64,000 bases of DNA, taken from assembly GCA_050230475.1 (NCBI GenBank), contig JBFLGF010000006.1:124001-188000 (forward strand), written 5' to 3'. A program made the position numbers and the translations under genes. Each line of letters opens with the position of its first letter. Within the stretch, counting starts at the first letter, position 1. Below are positions 37,798-51,355 of the stretch, piece by piece. The DNA is from Ancylonema sp. Its lineage: Eukaryota. Below the pieces are notes generated by a model. The model did not search any database and had not been told where the DNA came from. It was given only the letters and a program-made list of their open reading frames with translations.

Positions 37798-40700
37798 TTT
37801 TAGCAATGTTACGTGATAGGTGTGCAAGATCGTGTGAATCTTTCCGTACAAGGAACTTCGTCTCTCAAAGATGATCAATGACAAGTATTGTGTTGGAAGA
37901 AAAATTATTTAATGGTCGGCATCGTGTAGGTATACCACGATGCCTCGTCCAAAACAAGAATCTACAAACTGTGCCGACGGTCGTATCTGCGGACCGTCGG
38001 CCTATCAACAACAACAGTCACGGCACATGCCGGACAGTGGACAGTCTGACAAGACATAACGTCTAGATCCGGAGGAACCATCTAGACCACACGTGCAACA
38101 AACGGCACAATAGAAACGTCATATTCGGGTGCCCGGACATAAGTCCGGCCCCTCAATAATAAGCACACCCTAGGAATTCCTACCGGTTACGCTAAACCGG
38201 TAGTCCGGACTAGCACACTAGCAAAACATGGCTATCCGATATAATTCCTACACACCTCCTCGGATGCCATGCCAAGTTTGGCATTGAGTCAGCACCAAGT
38301 GACTACCCTATCTACAGCTAAGTCATGGCGAAACCATTGCATAGCCCATGGGATAGTAAGGTCTTCCCTAGCATACAAAAGTGCTCGGGGGGGCTATCAT
38401 AAAACACAGCCGATCGGAAGCCGATCGGAACTCCAGAAATCGATGGCTCCACATCCTTAGTCGTTTTTCGGGCCGAAGCCCCGAACATACAAACAAATAC
38501 CACAAGTTAGGGCAATACAAAAATGACCAAGAAGTCAAACTTCTGTAGTTTTCTCCGAATAACTTGAAATACTCAAAACTTCATAACTTTCTCAAAACTT
38601 CACAACTTTCTCAAAAACTTCACAACTTTGTCAAATCTTCACAACTTTGTCAAAACTTCATCAAAACAACTGAAATTTTGACACAAAATACATAATATGA
38701 ATGGCAACACATATGCCAGAATTCATGAACAACTGACAACTCTAGACGCAAGCAGATCTGCAACTTTTCAGGTGTCGTTAAGTGTTTTCAGGGCAGAAAA
38801 AGAGTGGGGTGACTTAGCTGGATAGACGAGCGTTGAGAGCCTTCCACAAGTGCATTCTGCAAGAAGAAAACAGAACAACATACACCCCCTGCCAAACATG
38901 GCATGGCAGACGAAACCCCTAGAACCCCTAGAACTACCCCATTTCAGTGAACCCTCCCAAAACCTATAGACCTTCCGTGTCTGTCACGCAAGACCTGTGG
39001 AAGTGCCTTAGTGAACATATCGGCTGGTTGATTGGCCCCTGCCAGATACACATACTTCAACCTCCCAGTTCTGTGACACTCTCTCACCCAGTGGTACACC
39101 ACATTGAAATGCTTGGCCTTCTGGCGCTGGACTGGGTTCTGGATCATTGAGAGTCGGCAGTTGAGTCACTGTAAACTGTAATTTCATTAGGGAGTTTGAG
39201 CTCATGCAAGAGCGACTTCAGGTAACAGCATTCCTTAGACACACTACAGGCAAGCAATATATTCAGCCTCTGCTGTATGTACTCTGTGCGACTGTAGAAT
39301 TGTTTATGTGACTTTCAGCTTAATGCAGTTCCCCCAAACAGTAGTGACCCACCCTGTGACCGACTTCCCAGTCATACTGCAGTTGTTCCAACTAGCATCA
39401 GAGTACCCCCTGATTTCTAACTTCTTTCGCTTCACGTAGCATAGTCCGTGATCCACTGTCCCCTTTAAATATCTGAACAGTTGGTGTAAGGCTTTTATGT
39501 GAGCAGTCCCAGGATTCCCCATGATATGTTTTGCCAGTACTCCCACTCCATGTGCAATATCCGGTCTGGTGTTCATTGCATAAATGAGTGACCCATTTTT
39601 TCCCCGGAATTCAGTTATTTGTTCAGGTGTAGGGGGAGTTAGAGGTTCATCTTCTTGGTGAAATGTCAGCCCAGGTGGTAAGGGTAGTTTGGTAGGGTTA
39701 CAGTTTGCCATCCCAAAACGTTCCAGAACTGTCTTATGAACCCTCCCTGATGCAACGTGAGCACCCCCTGTTGTCTGTCCCTTTTCACTTCCACCCCCAG
39801 GATATGGGTTAGGGCCCCAAGATTCTTCATTTTAATTTTCCCTGACAGTTGTTGTTTGAATGCTTTAATGACCATGGAATTTGGACCAACTATCACCTGA
39901 TCATCTACATGGATCCCCACTATGATTCGTGATTGTCCTATCCCCTTGGTGTATATGCATGTATCCATGATGCACTGTTTGAACCCTATACTGAGCACGA
40001 AGGCTGTGAACATCTCACCCCAGACCTTGCTACTCTGTTTCAGTCCGTACAGTGCCCCCCTCATTCTCAAAACTTTTCCCTCAGCCCCTCCCTCAATTTC
40101 CATGTATGGTGGAATCTTCATATATACTTCTTCGGTCAGTCTTCCGTGCAAGAAAGCAATCACCGCGTCCATCTATTCAATTTCCCAACCTTCCCGATTC
40201 GCAATAGCTAGTAGAAGAGAGATAGAGGTACTATCTACTACAGGTGCGAATATTTCATTATAATCAACTCCTTGTTATTGTAGGAAACCCTGAGCGACCA
40301 GTCTGACTTTATATCTTTCAAAGGCTCCCATGGGTGTGTATTTGATTTTGAATACATACTTACACCCCACAGCCCTTTTACCTGGCGGAAGTTCACACAC
40401 CTCAAAGGTGTTGAATTCCCCCAAGCTTTTCAGCTCCTCCTGGATGGCAGCTAACCACTGATCCCAGTCTGGTCTTGTCATGGCCTGGTTCAGCGTCAAA
40501 GGGTGGTCGGAGGATTCAGCAGACATGGCCACCATGCAGAATCCAGGGTCAGAGGGGCCGAAGCCTGTGAAGAAGCATGTTGCCTCCCATCGTGTAGGTA
40601 TACCACGATGCCTCGTCCAAAACAAGAATCTACAAAGTGTGCCGACGGTCGTCTCTGCGGACCGTCGGCCTATCAAAACACAACAACACTCAGATCATGT

Positions 40701-40915
40701 CAACGGCACATGCCGGACAGTCTGACCAGACATAACGTCTAGATCCGGAACCATCTAGACCACACGTGCAACAAACGGCACAATCGAAACGTCATATTCG
40801 TGTGCCCGGACATAATTCCGGCCCCTCAATATAAGCACACCCTAGGAATCCTACCGGTTACACTAACCGGTAGTCCGGACTAGCACACTAGCAAACATCG
40901 CTATCCGATATAATT
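37798..40915 (-). mobile_element. Copia family A copy 2, internally deleted (3' LTR 37798-38252, RT/RH 38944-40588, partial 5' LTR 40588-40915)
   Basis: YKVRLVAQGF, LYGLKQS, HVDD, YSDAS, ADMFTKAL; gag, PR, INT and PBS removed by a deletion at about 40588. Confidence 0.9.
38573..38660. repeat. ~19-bp tandem repeat (TCAAAACTTCACAACTTTS, about 4.5 units) in the copia 3' UTR
   Basis: Directly visible, no spacers. Confidence 0.8.
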
Positions 40916-41657
40916 GATGCCATTACGCCTATCAAAACATGTATAATTGTTTTATTCATTTTGTTCGTGCTAGAATGGGGCATTTATTCATAGACCCACT
41001 CTTCTCATCTTCTCTCTTCTCTAAATTTGATTGAATTTGCACACGTTTTTATCAATCTTTACTCCTCTTTCGTTTTTACTAGTCCCAAAATTGGATCAAG
41101 CTTTCAAGCTCTTCCAAGCATTTCTCTCAAATTTTATGGACAAAGTCTCTCTTTTTGGATAAAGTTGTTATTGATGGCCACCTAATGTTACCATGGTAGT
41201 GTTAGAAGAGTATGGGGGCTAAAAACATAAAGTAACTCATGTCTCATGTCTTATGTTGACAATTCGCGTATTTTCAAATAGCCCAAATTTTCCATACGTT
41301 AAATACGGCGTATTGTGATCCGAGCGTCATGATAGCATGTTGCGCATTTTGCAACCGTGCACAAAGGATTTGGATAAACTTGATTCGTTGGGAAGGAAAA
41401 TAAAGTATTTTCTTTGCGGTTTACTATTTGGAACTATGTAGTCTTCTTCGTGACAAGATTTGGTGTGTCTCACCTTCAAAATAGTTGTCCATGTTATTCA
41501 TGACCATTTTACCATTTGACCATTTTGTCCATGTCCAATAAAATATGCGAGTAATTTGTTGGTTCGTACGATTCTACTACTTCACAACTCTCTTTGTAAA
41601 AAAATTAAATGTACTATGATTCAATATACTCTACTATACTTCAATGTATTGGCCTAA

Positions 41658-42250
41658 GAGCATCAACTATGGTCGGACTACTCGGGCCGGACTAGTATTT
41701 GCGCCACGAACCGGGTCGAATGTGGTCGAATTTCCCGTACTATGGTCGGGACTAGACAACTTTCGACGGACTACGAGTTGTATGTTTTAAAACGCCATGA
41801 CAACTTCTAGGCAATGTTATCGAAGCAGTCCACTGAGTTGTCGAGCAGACCAACGAATCAGAGGCGCTCAGATGACGCGGCCCAGATCTCGTCGAAAACA
41901 ATGAACGACCGCGATGAACATCCCGGTGACGATTCGAAAAAGCTAAATATTGACGGTCGGATGTTGGTGAATTCTGAACGACAAATCCCGTCGTACGTTT
42001 CGATAATATTGTACGATCTCGATCTACACTTTCCGAAGCGGATCTAAGAATTGACGGCCACGATGATCCGTCTGAAGCAAAATTGCTGAGGTGGCCGTAG
42101 TCCGCGATCTAGTCCCTGACCATAGTTCGGCGACAAAATTTGGCGAGCCAAAGCCCCGATGATAGCGAGTCACCAAGGACAACTCGGGCGGTTAATTTGG
42201 ACTACTCGTCGAGTTGTCCTTCAAAAGTGGTCCGGTCATACTTGATGCTC
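41658..42250. mobile_element. Tourist-like (PIF/Harbinger) MITE, 593 bp
   Basis: 24-bp imperfect TIR GAGCATCAACTATGGTCGGACTAC / GTGGTCCGGTCATACTTGATGCTC; TSD TAA on both sides. Confidence 0.88.
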
Positions 42251-42352
42251 TAATTATGCACTTGTATAGCTTGAATCACAACACGCACGCCGGATGGATG
42301 ATGATGCCAAGGCAACTTCCTCCAGGCAACATGTAAACAACATATTTTCTTA

Positions 42353-42998
42353 CCGTACTGGGCACCGTAAATGAATTTTAATTGATTAATTAAAGTAATC
42401 ATTTAAATTAATTACTAAATGGTAGAAAAAGGATACTCAAAATCATTAATAAAACCCGTTTTAGGAATCATTTACGGGATATTCGGGGTCACCTAGATGC
42501 GACTCTATATGTGATGAAACGGGGTACACGACAAAGTAGGCACGTGCAAAATGACACATTTTTGGACGAGCGACATTTACGACGTCTGAAACTACGTACC
42601 GGGCCTTGAAGTCCAATGATATAGGAAATATTACCGATTAGACGCGCTAAACGAAAAATTAAGACCAACCATAATGAAAAAATAGTGGCCGGTCGAGAAA
42701 TTGCGACTAGTACGAGTGCTTGCCACGTGCACTTGTGACGTCAAAATGTACGGTAAATATGTAATAATGTCCTAGATAAAGACATATCATTCGGTATTTA
42801 ATTCCAAAACAAGGAAATATTTTACGCTTATTATTCCTACAATCCATAACCATCCCCAAAAATCAATTACTAACGGATTCATGGAATCATAACAAAAAAT
42901 CATCGATAATAACTAACGGCATCCCGGGATCATTGTGAGAAATCATTACGAAAATAATTAATTTTGGAAACAGAAATCATTTAGTGTGCCCAGTACGG
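42353..42998. mobile_element. Tc1/mariner-superfamily MITE, 646 bp
   Basis: TIR CCGTACTGGGCAC (perfect 13 bp, imperfect to about 22 bp); TA TSD on both sides. Confidence 0.88.
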
Positions 42999-43368
42999 TA
43001 TTTATTTCGCTTCAATCAAGAAGTCCCTGAATGCACCTCGATATAAAGACTAATTTTATGGTCGGATACACGTCATATTGGATAGACGTCTTCTAATTGG
43101 CCCCCTCTGTCGGCATTTGGGGCCTGTAGGGCGCCAAGCATTCGACTCGGGCGGAAATTGTTTAGTATTCTAAATTATGATTGGCCCCTGTGTTGGCCTT
43201 TTCCGCCGAGCCTTCACCTTTGCGCGGCACACGTCACATCCCTAGAGTGCAAGACCTACTTCACAACCTGATTAGTTCCCGATAAAAATAGTACGGAGAA
43301 ACGAGTCCGCTCTCTAGTCAGGCAGGTAGAACGTTGAATTTCTCCCATAACGAGGTTCTTCCGCATGC

Positions 43369-43536
43369 CACGTGTTTCATGTGCCTTCAGCCTTGATTTG
43401 TGCTGATCGCAGACGTACACGCGGCCGAAGGGTGTCCTTCCGATGTTCAGGATAGCGCTCCAGCGTTCAATTCCCACGCCGAGTACCCTTCCAACACGCC
43501 TTCCGGCCAAAGTTGTCGCTGGTGTTTGTATAAATA
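43369..43536 (+). promoter_or_regulatory. Candidate phytochrome promoter (G-box CACGTG at 43369, TATAAATA at 43529)
   Basis: Motifs lie about 1 kb upstream of the ATG; a possible 5' UTR intron runs from GTGAGG at 43628 to CAG at 44357. Motif evidence only. Confidence 0.35.
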
Positions 43537-44925
43537 GATAAGAGCACTTCAAATTTCCACCAAGCTGTCGTACCGTCGTTCTCTTACTCTTGTTGGAACC
43601 TCCTCTCAACTGTTTTGTAGCAGGCAGGTGAGGTGTCGTGTTATTTAATATTGCTCCATGACCCATGCTCTATTCACCCTCTTGCGAATCTGACGATTTG
43701 ACAGGAGCCCTTGGAAACAGGTTTTCGTAATACAGTGGCATATGTATGTTTTTTTTTTTTTTTTTTTTTTTTTAATACTGAGTGTTACAGTTAAATACCG
43801 TTGTTTATATATTTTCCCGAAAAAGCAATCAGTTTCTTGTTATTACTGTTTGGCGTTACTTCTTAACTTTTTATATTTTCCGGGGTTTGATGATGTACAT
43901 TGGGGTTCGCCTTGGTTCACATCATGTTCAACTTTTCATTTGTGGTTCTTTATTCTACGGAATTTCTCAACTGACGGACGTGGGGTGCAAGTCAGCTCAG
44001 GAAAGTAGAGAACTAATCATGTTCCTGGGCTTTCAAGTCAACTATCTACAGTTGCTTCATTGACTATCATGTGTATAGAGTTCGGTCGAAATGCCATTTG
44101 GCGTGTCAATAAGACTGATGTCGGCTATATAGTGACCGATGAGTGTAAAGTAGGACTAGTCAGTAACTTCGTTATTTCTTTTTAGCTAGAAAAATATACG
44201 GAGAGGTATATCCCACTGAGTGTCTAGTCCTGTCAACTTTCCCAACTAGCCGAATCTGCAACCTCCAGATATTTTTTTCCACACAAATCCAATATTTTGA
44301 GAATATAATTATTTCACCTTTCCACTTACAGTTGTCTCTTGTTTTTTGTTGCTTCAGAATCTTGCAACACGCATTCTGCTTCGGGTCTCTCACAGCCCAA
44401 AGTGCAGGACAGAAAGTAGCATCTTGGCAACTCCACATGTGGCGTTTTGTCCGTATAAAAAAAGGAGTGATCCGTATATGACCGCGACTCAGCTCGGCCG
44501 TCTAGAAGACCATCCAGTTTCTCGAATTCGCATCTTCTGAATTATTCCTGAAGCCATGGCAGCTCCCCATACGCAAAATTCTTCTCCGAGCCTCACCAAG
44601 TCAAAAAGAGAACATCGCATCGCTCAAGCCACAACGGATTCCTTCCTTTATGCAGCCTATGACAACTCAGTCACCTCCGGTAATCTGTTTGATTACTCCA
44701 AGTCAGTTGAAGTGGGCAAAGGCACGGGGGATAATGAGTCGCCAGTCAGTGCTATTCCTGCATACCTTCACAAGATGGTACGAGGAGGCATCACGCAGTC
44801 ATTTGGGTGCCTGCTGGCTATGGAAGCAGACACCTTCAAAATCGTGGCATTCAGTGCGAATACAACGGAGATTCTCGACTTAAGCCCCCAAGCTCTACCC
44901 AGCGTGACTGAAGTCCCTACTGTAG

Positions 44926-45513
44926 GCAAGTTCACGTGCCCAACCTTGTCTGACACCAGTCACTGCTGGCAATGGACGTGTACCATAATGACGTAACGAA
45001 AATGAATAGCGGGTGTAGAGGTGAATGTGTAATGGGACAGCGTGAGAGGGGGTGGATGACAATGGTTTCGGACTTCTTCAGCATCACGTACAATTAAAAA
45101 ATGTTGGTCAGGCGCAAACAAGAGGCAATCAATCGTAAGAGTACGTATGAGACGAGTCATGCAAGTCTCACCTTCGACCATGTGAATATAATTATTTGAT
45201 GAATTCTTACAAGGTATTTATGGGGGATCTTACACCCAGAGGTAAGAGCAGGTTGTGTACCTTTATACATTGTTGTGCCTGTGTACAGAAGGCTCGGAGA
45301 TATCCACCAGATGGTCATAGGCTTCTGGTTTGCCTTTTCTTTGATTTGTAGCTGTTTGTGACGATCTGGTTTTCAACCTCATTTTTTTTTTCTCCATACT
45401 CAGAGACTGATTTACTTGCTCGTTCTATTTCTTACAGGCACAATAGTGTTGATTTGCACCTTCAAAAATCGCGACTCATTTGCTACTGGACTTCGAAATT
45501 TCCCTTCCCACAG
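44926..45513 (+). other. Phytochrome intron 1, GC-AG type
   Basis: AG|GCAAGT donor and TTCCCACAG| acceptor join in frame (PTV-D-IGTDV). Confidence 0.75.
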
Positions 45514-45711
45514 ATATCGGCACAGATGTCCGCACCATCTTCACAGCTGGCAGTGTATCTTTGCTCGAAAAGGCAGCCAGTGCAAGGGATGTGGCACTCA
45601 CAAACCCCCTTGCATTACAAGTCAAGGTCTCCAACAAGGATTTCTACGCAATTCTGCACTAGATCGAAGTGGGAATGGTTATGGACCTTGAGCCCGCCTC
45701 ACGGACGCTAC

Positions 45712-48700
45712 TGTTAGGAGTGGAATATGATGGAGCTCCTAGCAAACTGGGTTGCGAATGCACACACGAAAATGATGGTGAAAATGAATTGATAGGATAG
45801 GGGTGAATGAGCCGATGGTCAAGATGGTTGAGTAGGTATGGTAGAGGCACAATGTGCAAGTACATGAGTTGATAGGAATGCTCTAAAGGCATTCCTATCG
45901 ACTATATATAGTAAACTGGCTCAGGTCTTGAATCACGACTCCAAGTGGGATAACTCACTCTGGGATATGCTAAGGACAACATCAAGTCTGGCTAACGGCA
46001 CAACTTGCCGGAGCTAAGGACACATCAGAATACTCCCCTAGGGGCCAGGCGGCCGCTAGGGACACAACTCCCAACTCTATAGGGACAGAACTCGCTACAG
46101 GGTAATCTGAGCTAATAGCGCTCTAGCGCTTAGTGTGAGGACCTCGCTAAGGAGCTCTAGACTGTAGCGAGGGTCCTAACAGTACCCCCCCCTCAAGGCG
46201 CGGAACGTGATGAGGGAGGCGGTGCAGGCCGAGCGGGAAATGTGGCATGTGGCATGGAAATCTGCGACCGCGTCAGCAGCATTTTCCATGTTGTCGGCAG
46301 GGTCCCAAGAACGCTCTTCACATCGTACCCGACCCAATCGACGAGGTAAAATAGCCGGCCCCGCACGAATTTGGAGTCCAGAACTGTGGCCACCTCATGG
46401 TGAGGCGCGCCGTCCACAACGACTGGAGGTGGAGGCGCCACGACACGACCCGGGAAGGAGTTGGCATGGTACGGTTCGAGGAGGCTGACGTGGAAGACGG
46501 GATGGAGTTTCACAGACGCCGGCAGCTCCAAGCGATACGACGAGGTTCCGATCTGGCCGAGAACCGGAAAAGGACCCAGACGACGAACATCCAGTTTGGA
46601 GGAAGGACGAGTGGATCCGACGTGGCGCCGGGACAGCCATACTTTCTGACCCGGCGAAAATATCGGAGCTGGTTTTTCCGCTTCCGATTGGCCGAGATTT
46701 CCATCGCCCGCTGGGATTTGCGAAGCGACTGGAGGAAATCTTGGGTGTCGTGGATCTTTTTGACGTATGTGTCGGCTGCGGGGTTGGGGGTAATTGGGGA
46801 GGGTGGGAGCAGCGACATATCTGCGGGTGGAAGCCGTAGTTGGCAAAAAACGGGGAGAGTGGTGGCGGAGTGCTGAGTTGTTGTAAGCGAACTTTCCGCC
46901 AGCGGCAGGAGTTGGGACCAATCGGAGTGCTGGTAATCGGTGTAGATGCGCAGATATTGTTCTAAAACCGAGTTAAGGCGCTCGTCTGCCCGTCCGTCCT
47001 GCGGGTGAAAAGCAGAGGAACGGTTGGCCCGTACGCCGAGCAGCTCCAACAGCCGGCGCCAAAAGTGGCTGGTGAAGATGGGATCGCGGTCGCTGATGAG
47101 GCTGCTGGGCCACCCCATGCAGGCGCACGACTTGCTGCACGAACAACGCTGCGACCTCAGGAGCCGCCATGGCCTGGGTTAGTCGGAATGAAGTGGGCCT
47201 GCTTCGTGAGCCGGTCGACGACCACGAGAATGGCGTCGTGATAGTCGCTCGGGGGTAGGTCGGTAATCCAATCTAGGGAGACACTGGCCCATGGCTGGGT
47301 AGGGATAGGGAGAGGGGACAGCAATCCATAGGGCGCATGGCGCACCGGCTTGTTCCGGGCGCAGATGTCGCACGTACGCACGTACTCCTCCACTGCCTTC
47401 GAGAGGCCAGGCCAGTGGAAGTACTGCGCTACCAGCGCGTGCGTGCGGGCAGTGCCGAAGTGGCCTGCCATAGGTGCGTCGTGGTATTGTGTCAGGATAG
47501 AAATGATAAGAGCTGCAGCGGTAGGGGGAATAGCGAGTCGGCCGCTATGGTAGAGAAGGCCGTCTCGTAGGGTGTATGGGAAATTGGACTCGCCTGCAGT
47601 GCGACTCGGGTTGGATTCCCGAGCGGGTCCTGGTTGTAGGGACGTAACGATAGCGTATAGAGTAGGGTCCGCTAGCTGAGCCGCGCGCACGTCGTGTAGG
47701 ATGGGGTCATTAGGTGCCAGCAGGATAGCTGCCGCACGCACCGGGGGAAGTGGTAGAAGAGCTGGTGGGGGGAGGATTGGGTGGGGGGATGTAGCTGGCA
47801 GCAGGTAGTCAGGTCTGCGGGAGAGGGCGTCCGGCTTGCCATTGCTGGACCCCTTCCGGTAGACAATAGTGAAGTCGTAGGCTGCCAGCGTCTCGGCCCA
47901 CCTAGCATGCCTTCGGGGATGTAGTTCGGGCTGCCTGAAAGTACTCCAGGTTCTTGTGGTCGGTATAGCCACAATAGGGTGTGCTGCCCCTTCCAGATAG
48001 ACGCGCCACTGACGAAAGGCCGCCACGATGGCTAGCAGTTCTTTATCGTAGATAGGGTAGTTTAGTTCTGCGGGGATGAACTTGCGGGAGTAGAACGCGA
48101 CGGGGTGGAGTTCGCCGCTGGCGTCTGGCTGCGATAAAACGCAGCCGAGGCCGAAGTCTGAGGCGTCGGCTTCGAGGGTGAGTGGCTGCAGGGGCTGGAA
48201 GTGCTGCAGGACTGGAGCGGAAGTGAAAGCCCGCTTGAGGGATATGTGAAAGGCCTCCGCCTCCCGTGTCCAGCCAAAGGTCGCTCCCTTGCGTGTTAAT
48301 GAGGTAAGGGGGCACGCCACCGTCTAATAATCTTTAATAAAACGCCTGTAGAAATTAGCAAACCCCAGAAATGACTGGACCTCCTTGACGGACTGGGGCT
48401 GCGGCCAGTCAAGGAGAGATGCCACTTTTTTTCCTGGGGATCCATACCCACGCCTGCTGGAGAGACCTGGTAGCCTAGAAAGGCGATAGTGTCAGTATTG
48501 AACTGGCACTTCTCGATTTTGGCGTAGAGTTATTTTCTCGTAGGATCGCCAGGATAGAACGGACGTGAGGGACGTGTTCAGCAGGGGAGTGGGAATAGAT
48601 AATCATGTCGTCGAGCAGGTTTGCGAGGAGACGTCGAGAGGGGCCCGAAAGACGTCGTTGGAAAGACTGGAATGCTGCCGGGGCAGCCCGAAAGGGCAGA

Positions 48701-51355
48701 CCTGGTACTCGTAGTGCCCATAGCGGCAGCGGAATGCGGTCTTGTACTCATCCCCTTCCTTTACTCGCAGCTGGTGATAGGCGTTGCGGAGGTCGATCTT
48801 CGTAGATCGTGGCGTTAGGCGGTCCAGCGAGCAGCTCAGGTATGAGGGGGAGAGGACAGCGGTTTTTTATAGTCACTGCATTTAGCTTGCGGTAGTCAAC
48901 GCACAAGCGTAGTTTCCCGTCAGGTTTTTTGATGAACATGACAGGGGCGCCTCCCGGGCTGGACGACGGCCTGATGAAGCCGTTGCGCAGGTTGTCAGTG
49001 ATGTAGGTCTTAAGAGTTGCCAGCTCTGGTTTTGACAGGGAGTAAATTGGCCCCCAGGGGGGTTCTGCACCTGGCAGGAGGGGTATGTCCAAGTCATAAG
49101 GCCTGTGGGGGGGGAGGGTGTTTGCAGATTGCTCGGAGAACACGTCTGCAAAGTCGTGGTATTCGGGAGGCAGCTGGGCGAGAAGGGCAGGGTCTGGAGG
49201 GAACCGCGCGCGTGTAAAAGTGCAGGTTTTTGGGCTTGGGGTAAGGGAACGGGGGAAGGGGGGGAAGGTGGGGGACTGGGTATGGGGGTGGTGGTGGGGG
49301 TTGGAAGCAAGCACTGAGCGGCACAGTGAAGGATGGTGAGGGATATGGTGCCTGACTTCCAATCTATGTTTGGGTTATGTTTGTGCAGCCACGGGAAACC
49401 GAGGACCACCGGGCAGTGCGCCAGCCGGGTGACGTCCAAGGAGATGGTCTCCGTGTGGTCGCCTGGGGATCTGAGCTGCGCCGAAAAATAGCAGGTAATG
49501 GGGCCCGCAGCCGGGGGGCTGCCGTCTATCAGCTCGACTGGGATGGGGTGGGGATGGGGGTGGGTTGGGAGGTTATTGTCTGACAAAACCTGCGGGTCGA
49601 TAAAGTTGCCTGACGCCCCCGAGTCGATCAGCACTTTGACAGATATGGGAGGGAGGGGGTAACGAAGCAGGTGGCAAGCCAGCAGAAACTGGCGGGGGTG
49701 GGGAAATGGGGAGGGTAGGGGAAAGGGACCCGCACAGACCCCTCCTAGGACTGTGTGGGGTAGTCGTTTTTTGACTCGGGGGGTTGCAGATCGAGGAAGC
49801 GCACGGTGCGGCCCTTGCCCTTGTTGGGGCAGGTTCTGTTGTCATGGCCGGGCAGGCCACAGTAAAGACACAGGTTGCCAGCCACACGGCGGGCCATCTC
49901 CGCGGGTTCTACCTTGAGGATCTGGCGGCGGGTGCCATCGATGTCTATGGGGACAATCTGCAGGTGAGGGGGCAGCTGTTGGGGGAACTGATCTGCCACT
50001 CTGGCTGGTGGGGGGATGTAGGTGGATCTGGAGGGTCTGTCCAAACGAGCAGCAGCCAGGGCGTTTTCGATGCTCTTGACGAAGGTAACATACTCGGAGA
50101 AGGTGTCAGGGGGGGACTGAACCTTCAAGATCTCCTGCCTGAGCTCTGGCTTCAGTTTGTCAAAGTAAGTGAATATCAATGGATGATCTCCCCACCCCTG
50201 AAACCCTCTGACTAAGGTTCTGAACTCTTGGAAGTGAAGAGTCCTGAACGCCCCCCCTGTTTGTTTGAGTTCCCGTAGCTGGCGTTCTGTGGTCAGATTG
50301 GATGGGGTGTCGCCAAAAGCTTCACTCAGCCCCCTGAGAAGAGCGTTCACGTCATAACCCGCGGGAAGGTTGTTATATCAGGGTCGTGTTGCTGAGTGAA
50401 CCAGTCGCCAGCAGCACCAGTTAGGAAAGACGAGAAGTAGAGGACTGTATGCTCAGGGTCAGAGAATCTGATAGGAGCCACCCGAATCTGGTTACGCACT
50501 AGTCGTAGAAAAGTTGCCAGACTTGCAGAATCGCCTGAATATTTCTGTAAATCAGGGAGGACCATTTCTGAGGAGGGTGGCTTGTAGACTGGTGGGGAAA
50601 CAGGGATAGGTTGAGCAAAGGAAGGAAGTAGGGCTGAGATAGGAGATGGGGTGCTGAGGTGCGCCTCCACCACCCTTTGTTTTTCATGAAGCTCGCTCGA
50701 TTGAGCAAATAAGGTTGTTATTCTATCATCTGTTTCCGCCTGCCGTTCCATGTTTTCGCTGAGTTGCAACCTCATTGCATTCAGAGTCTCGACAATATGT
50801 TGCAACTCCATAAAGAAAACTGAACTGAAAAAGTGAATTTTTTTCCCTAAAAAAGTTAAAAAATCTCAAGTGTATTCCTATCAAAGTGTTAGGAGTGGAA
50901 TATGATGGAGCTCCTAGCAAACTGGGTTGCGAATGCCACACACAAAATGATTGGGTGAAAAAAATGAATCGATAGGATAGGGGCGAATGAAGCCGATGGT
51001 CAAGATGGTCGAGTTGGTATGGTAGGGGCACAATGTGCAAGTACATGAGAGTTGATAGGAATGCTCCTCTAAAGGCATTCCTATCATTCGACTATATATG
51101 GTAAACTGGCTCAGGTCTGAAATCACGACTCCAAGTGGGATAACTCACTCTGGATATGCTAAGGACAGACACAGTCTGGCTAACGGCACAACTGCCGGAG
51201 CTAAGGACACATCAGAATACTCCCCTAGGGGCCAGGCGGCCGCTAGGGACACAACTCCCACTCTATAGGGACAGAACTCGCTACAGGGGAATCTGAGCTA
51301 ATAGCGCTCTAGCGCTAAGTGTGAGGACCTCGCTAAGGAACCCAGGGTCCTAACA
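45712..51355 (-). mobile_element. Ty3/gypsy chromovirus copy 3 (LTRs 45712-46181 and 50887-51355), inserted in PHY
   Basis: TG...CA LTRs, flanking duplication CTAC (4 bp), full domain set with frameshifts. Confidence 0.95.

Larger units (their letters stand above)
37543..41356. mobile_element. Probable non-autonomous DNA transposon with ~100-bp imperfect TIRs (37543-37644 and 41256-41356), hosting copia A2
   Basis: Perfect 18-bp inverted core at 37582-37599 and 41301-41318 within a longer alignment; no TSD found. Confidence 0.6.

Noticed and set aside
38573..38660. CRISPR-like array (also 11195-11300 and 53427-53470)
   Set aside because: Short tandem repeats without unique spacers, inside retroelement UTRs, in eukaryotic DNA.
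43256..44540. Short ORFs upstream of PHY
   Set aside because: No recognisable homology; poly-T and AT-rich composition fit promoter or UTR intron.
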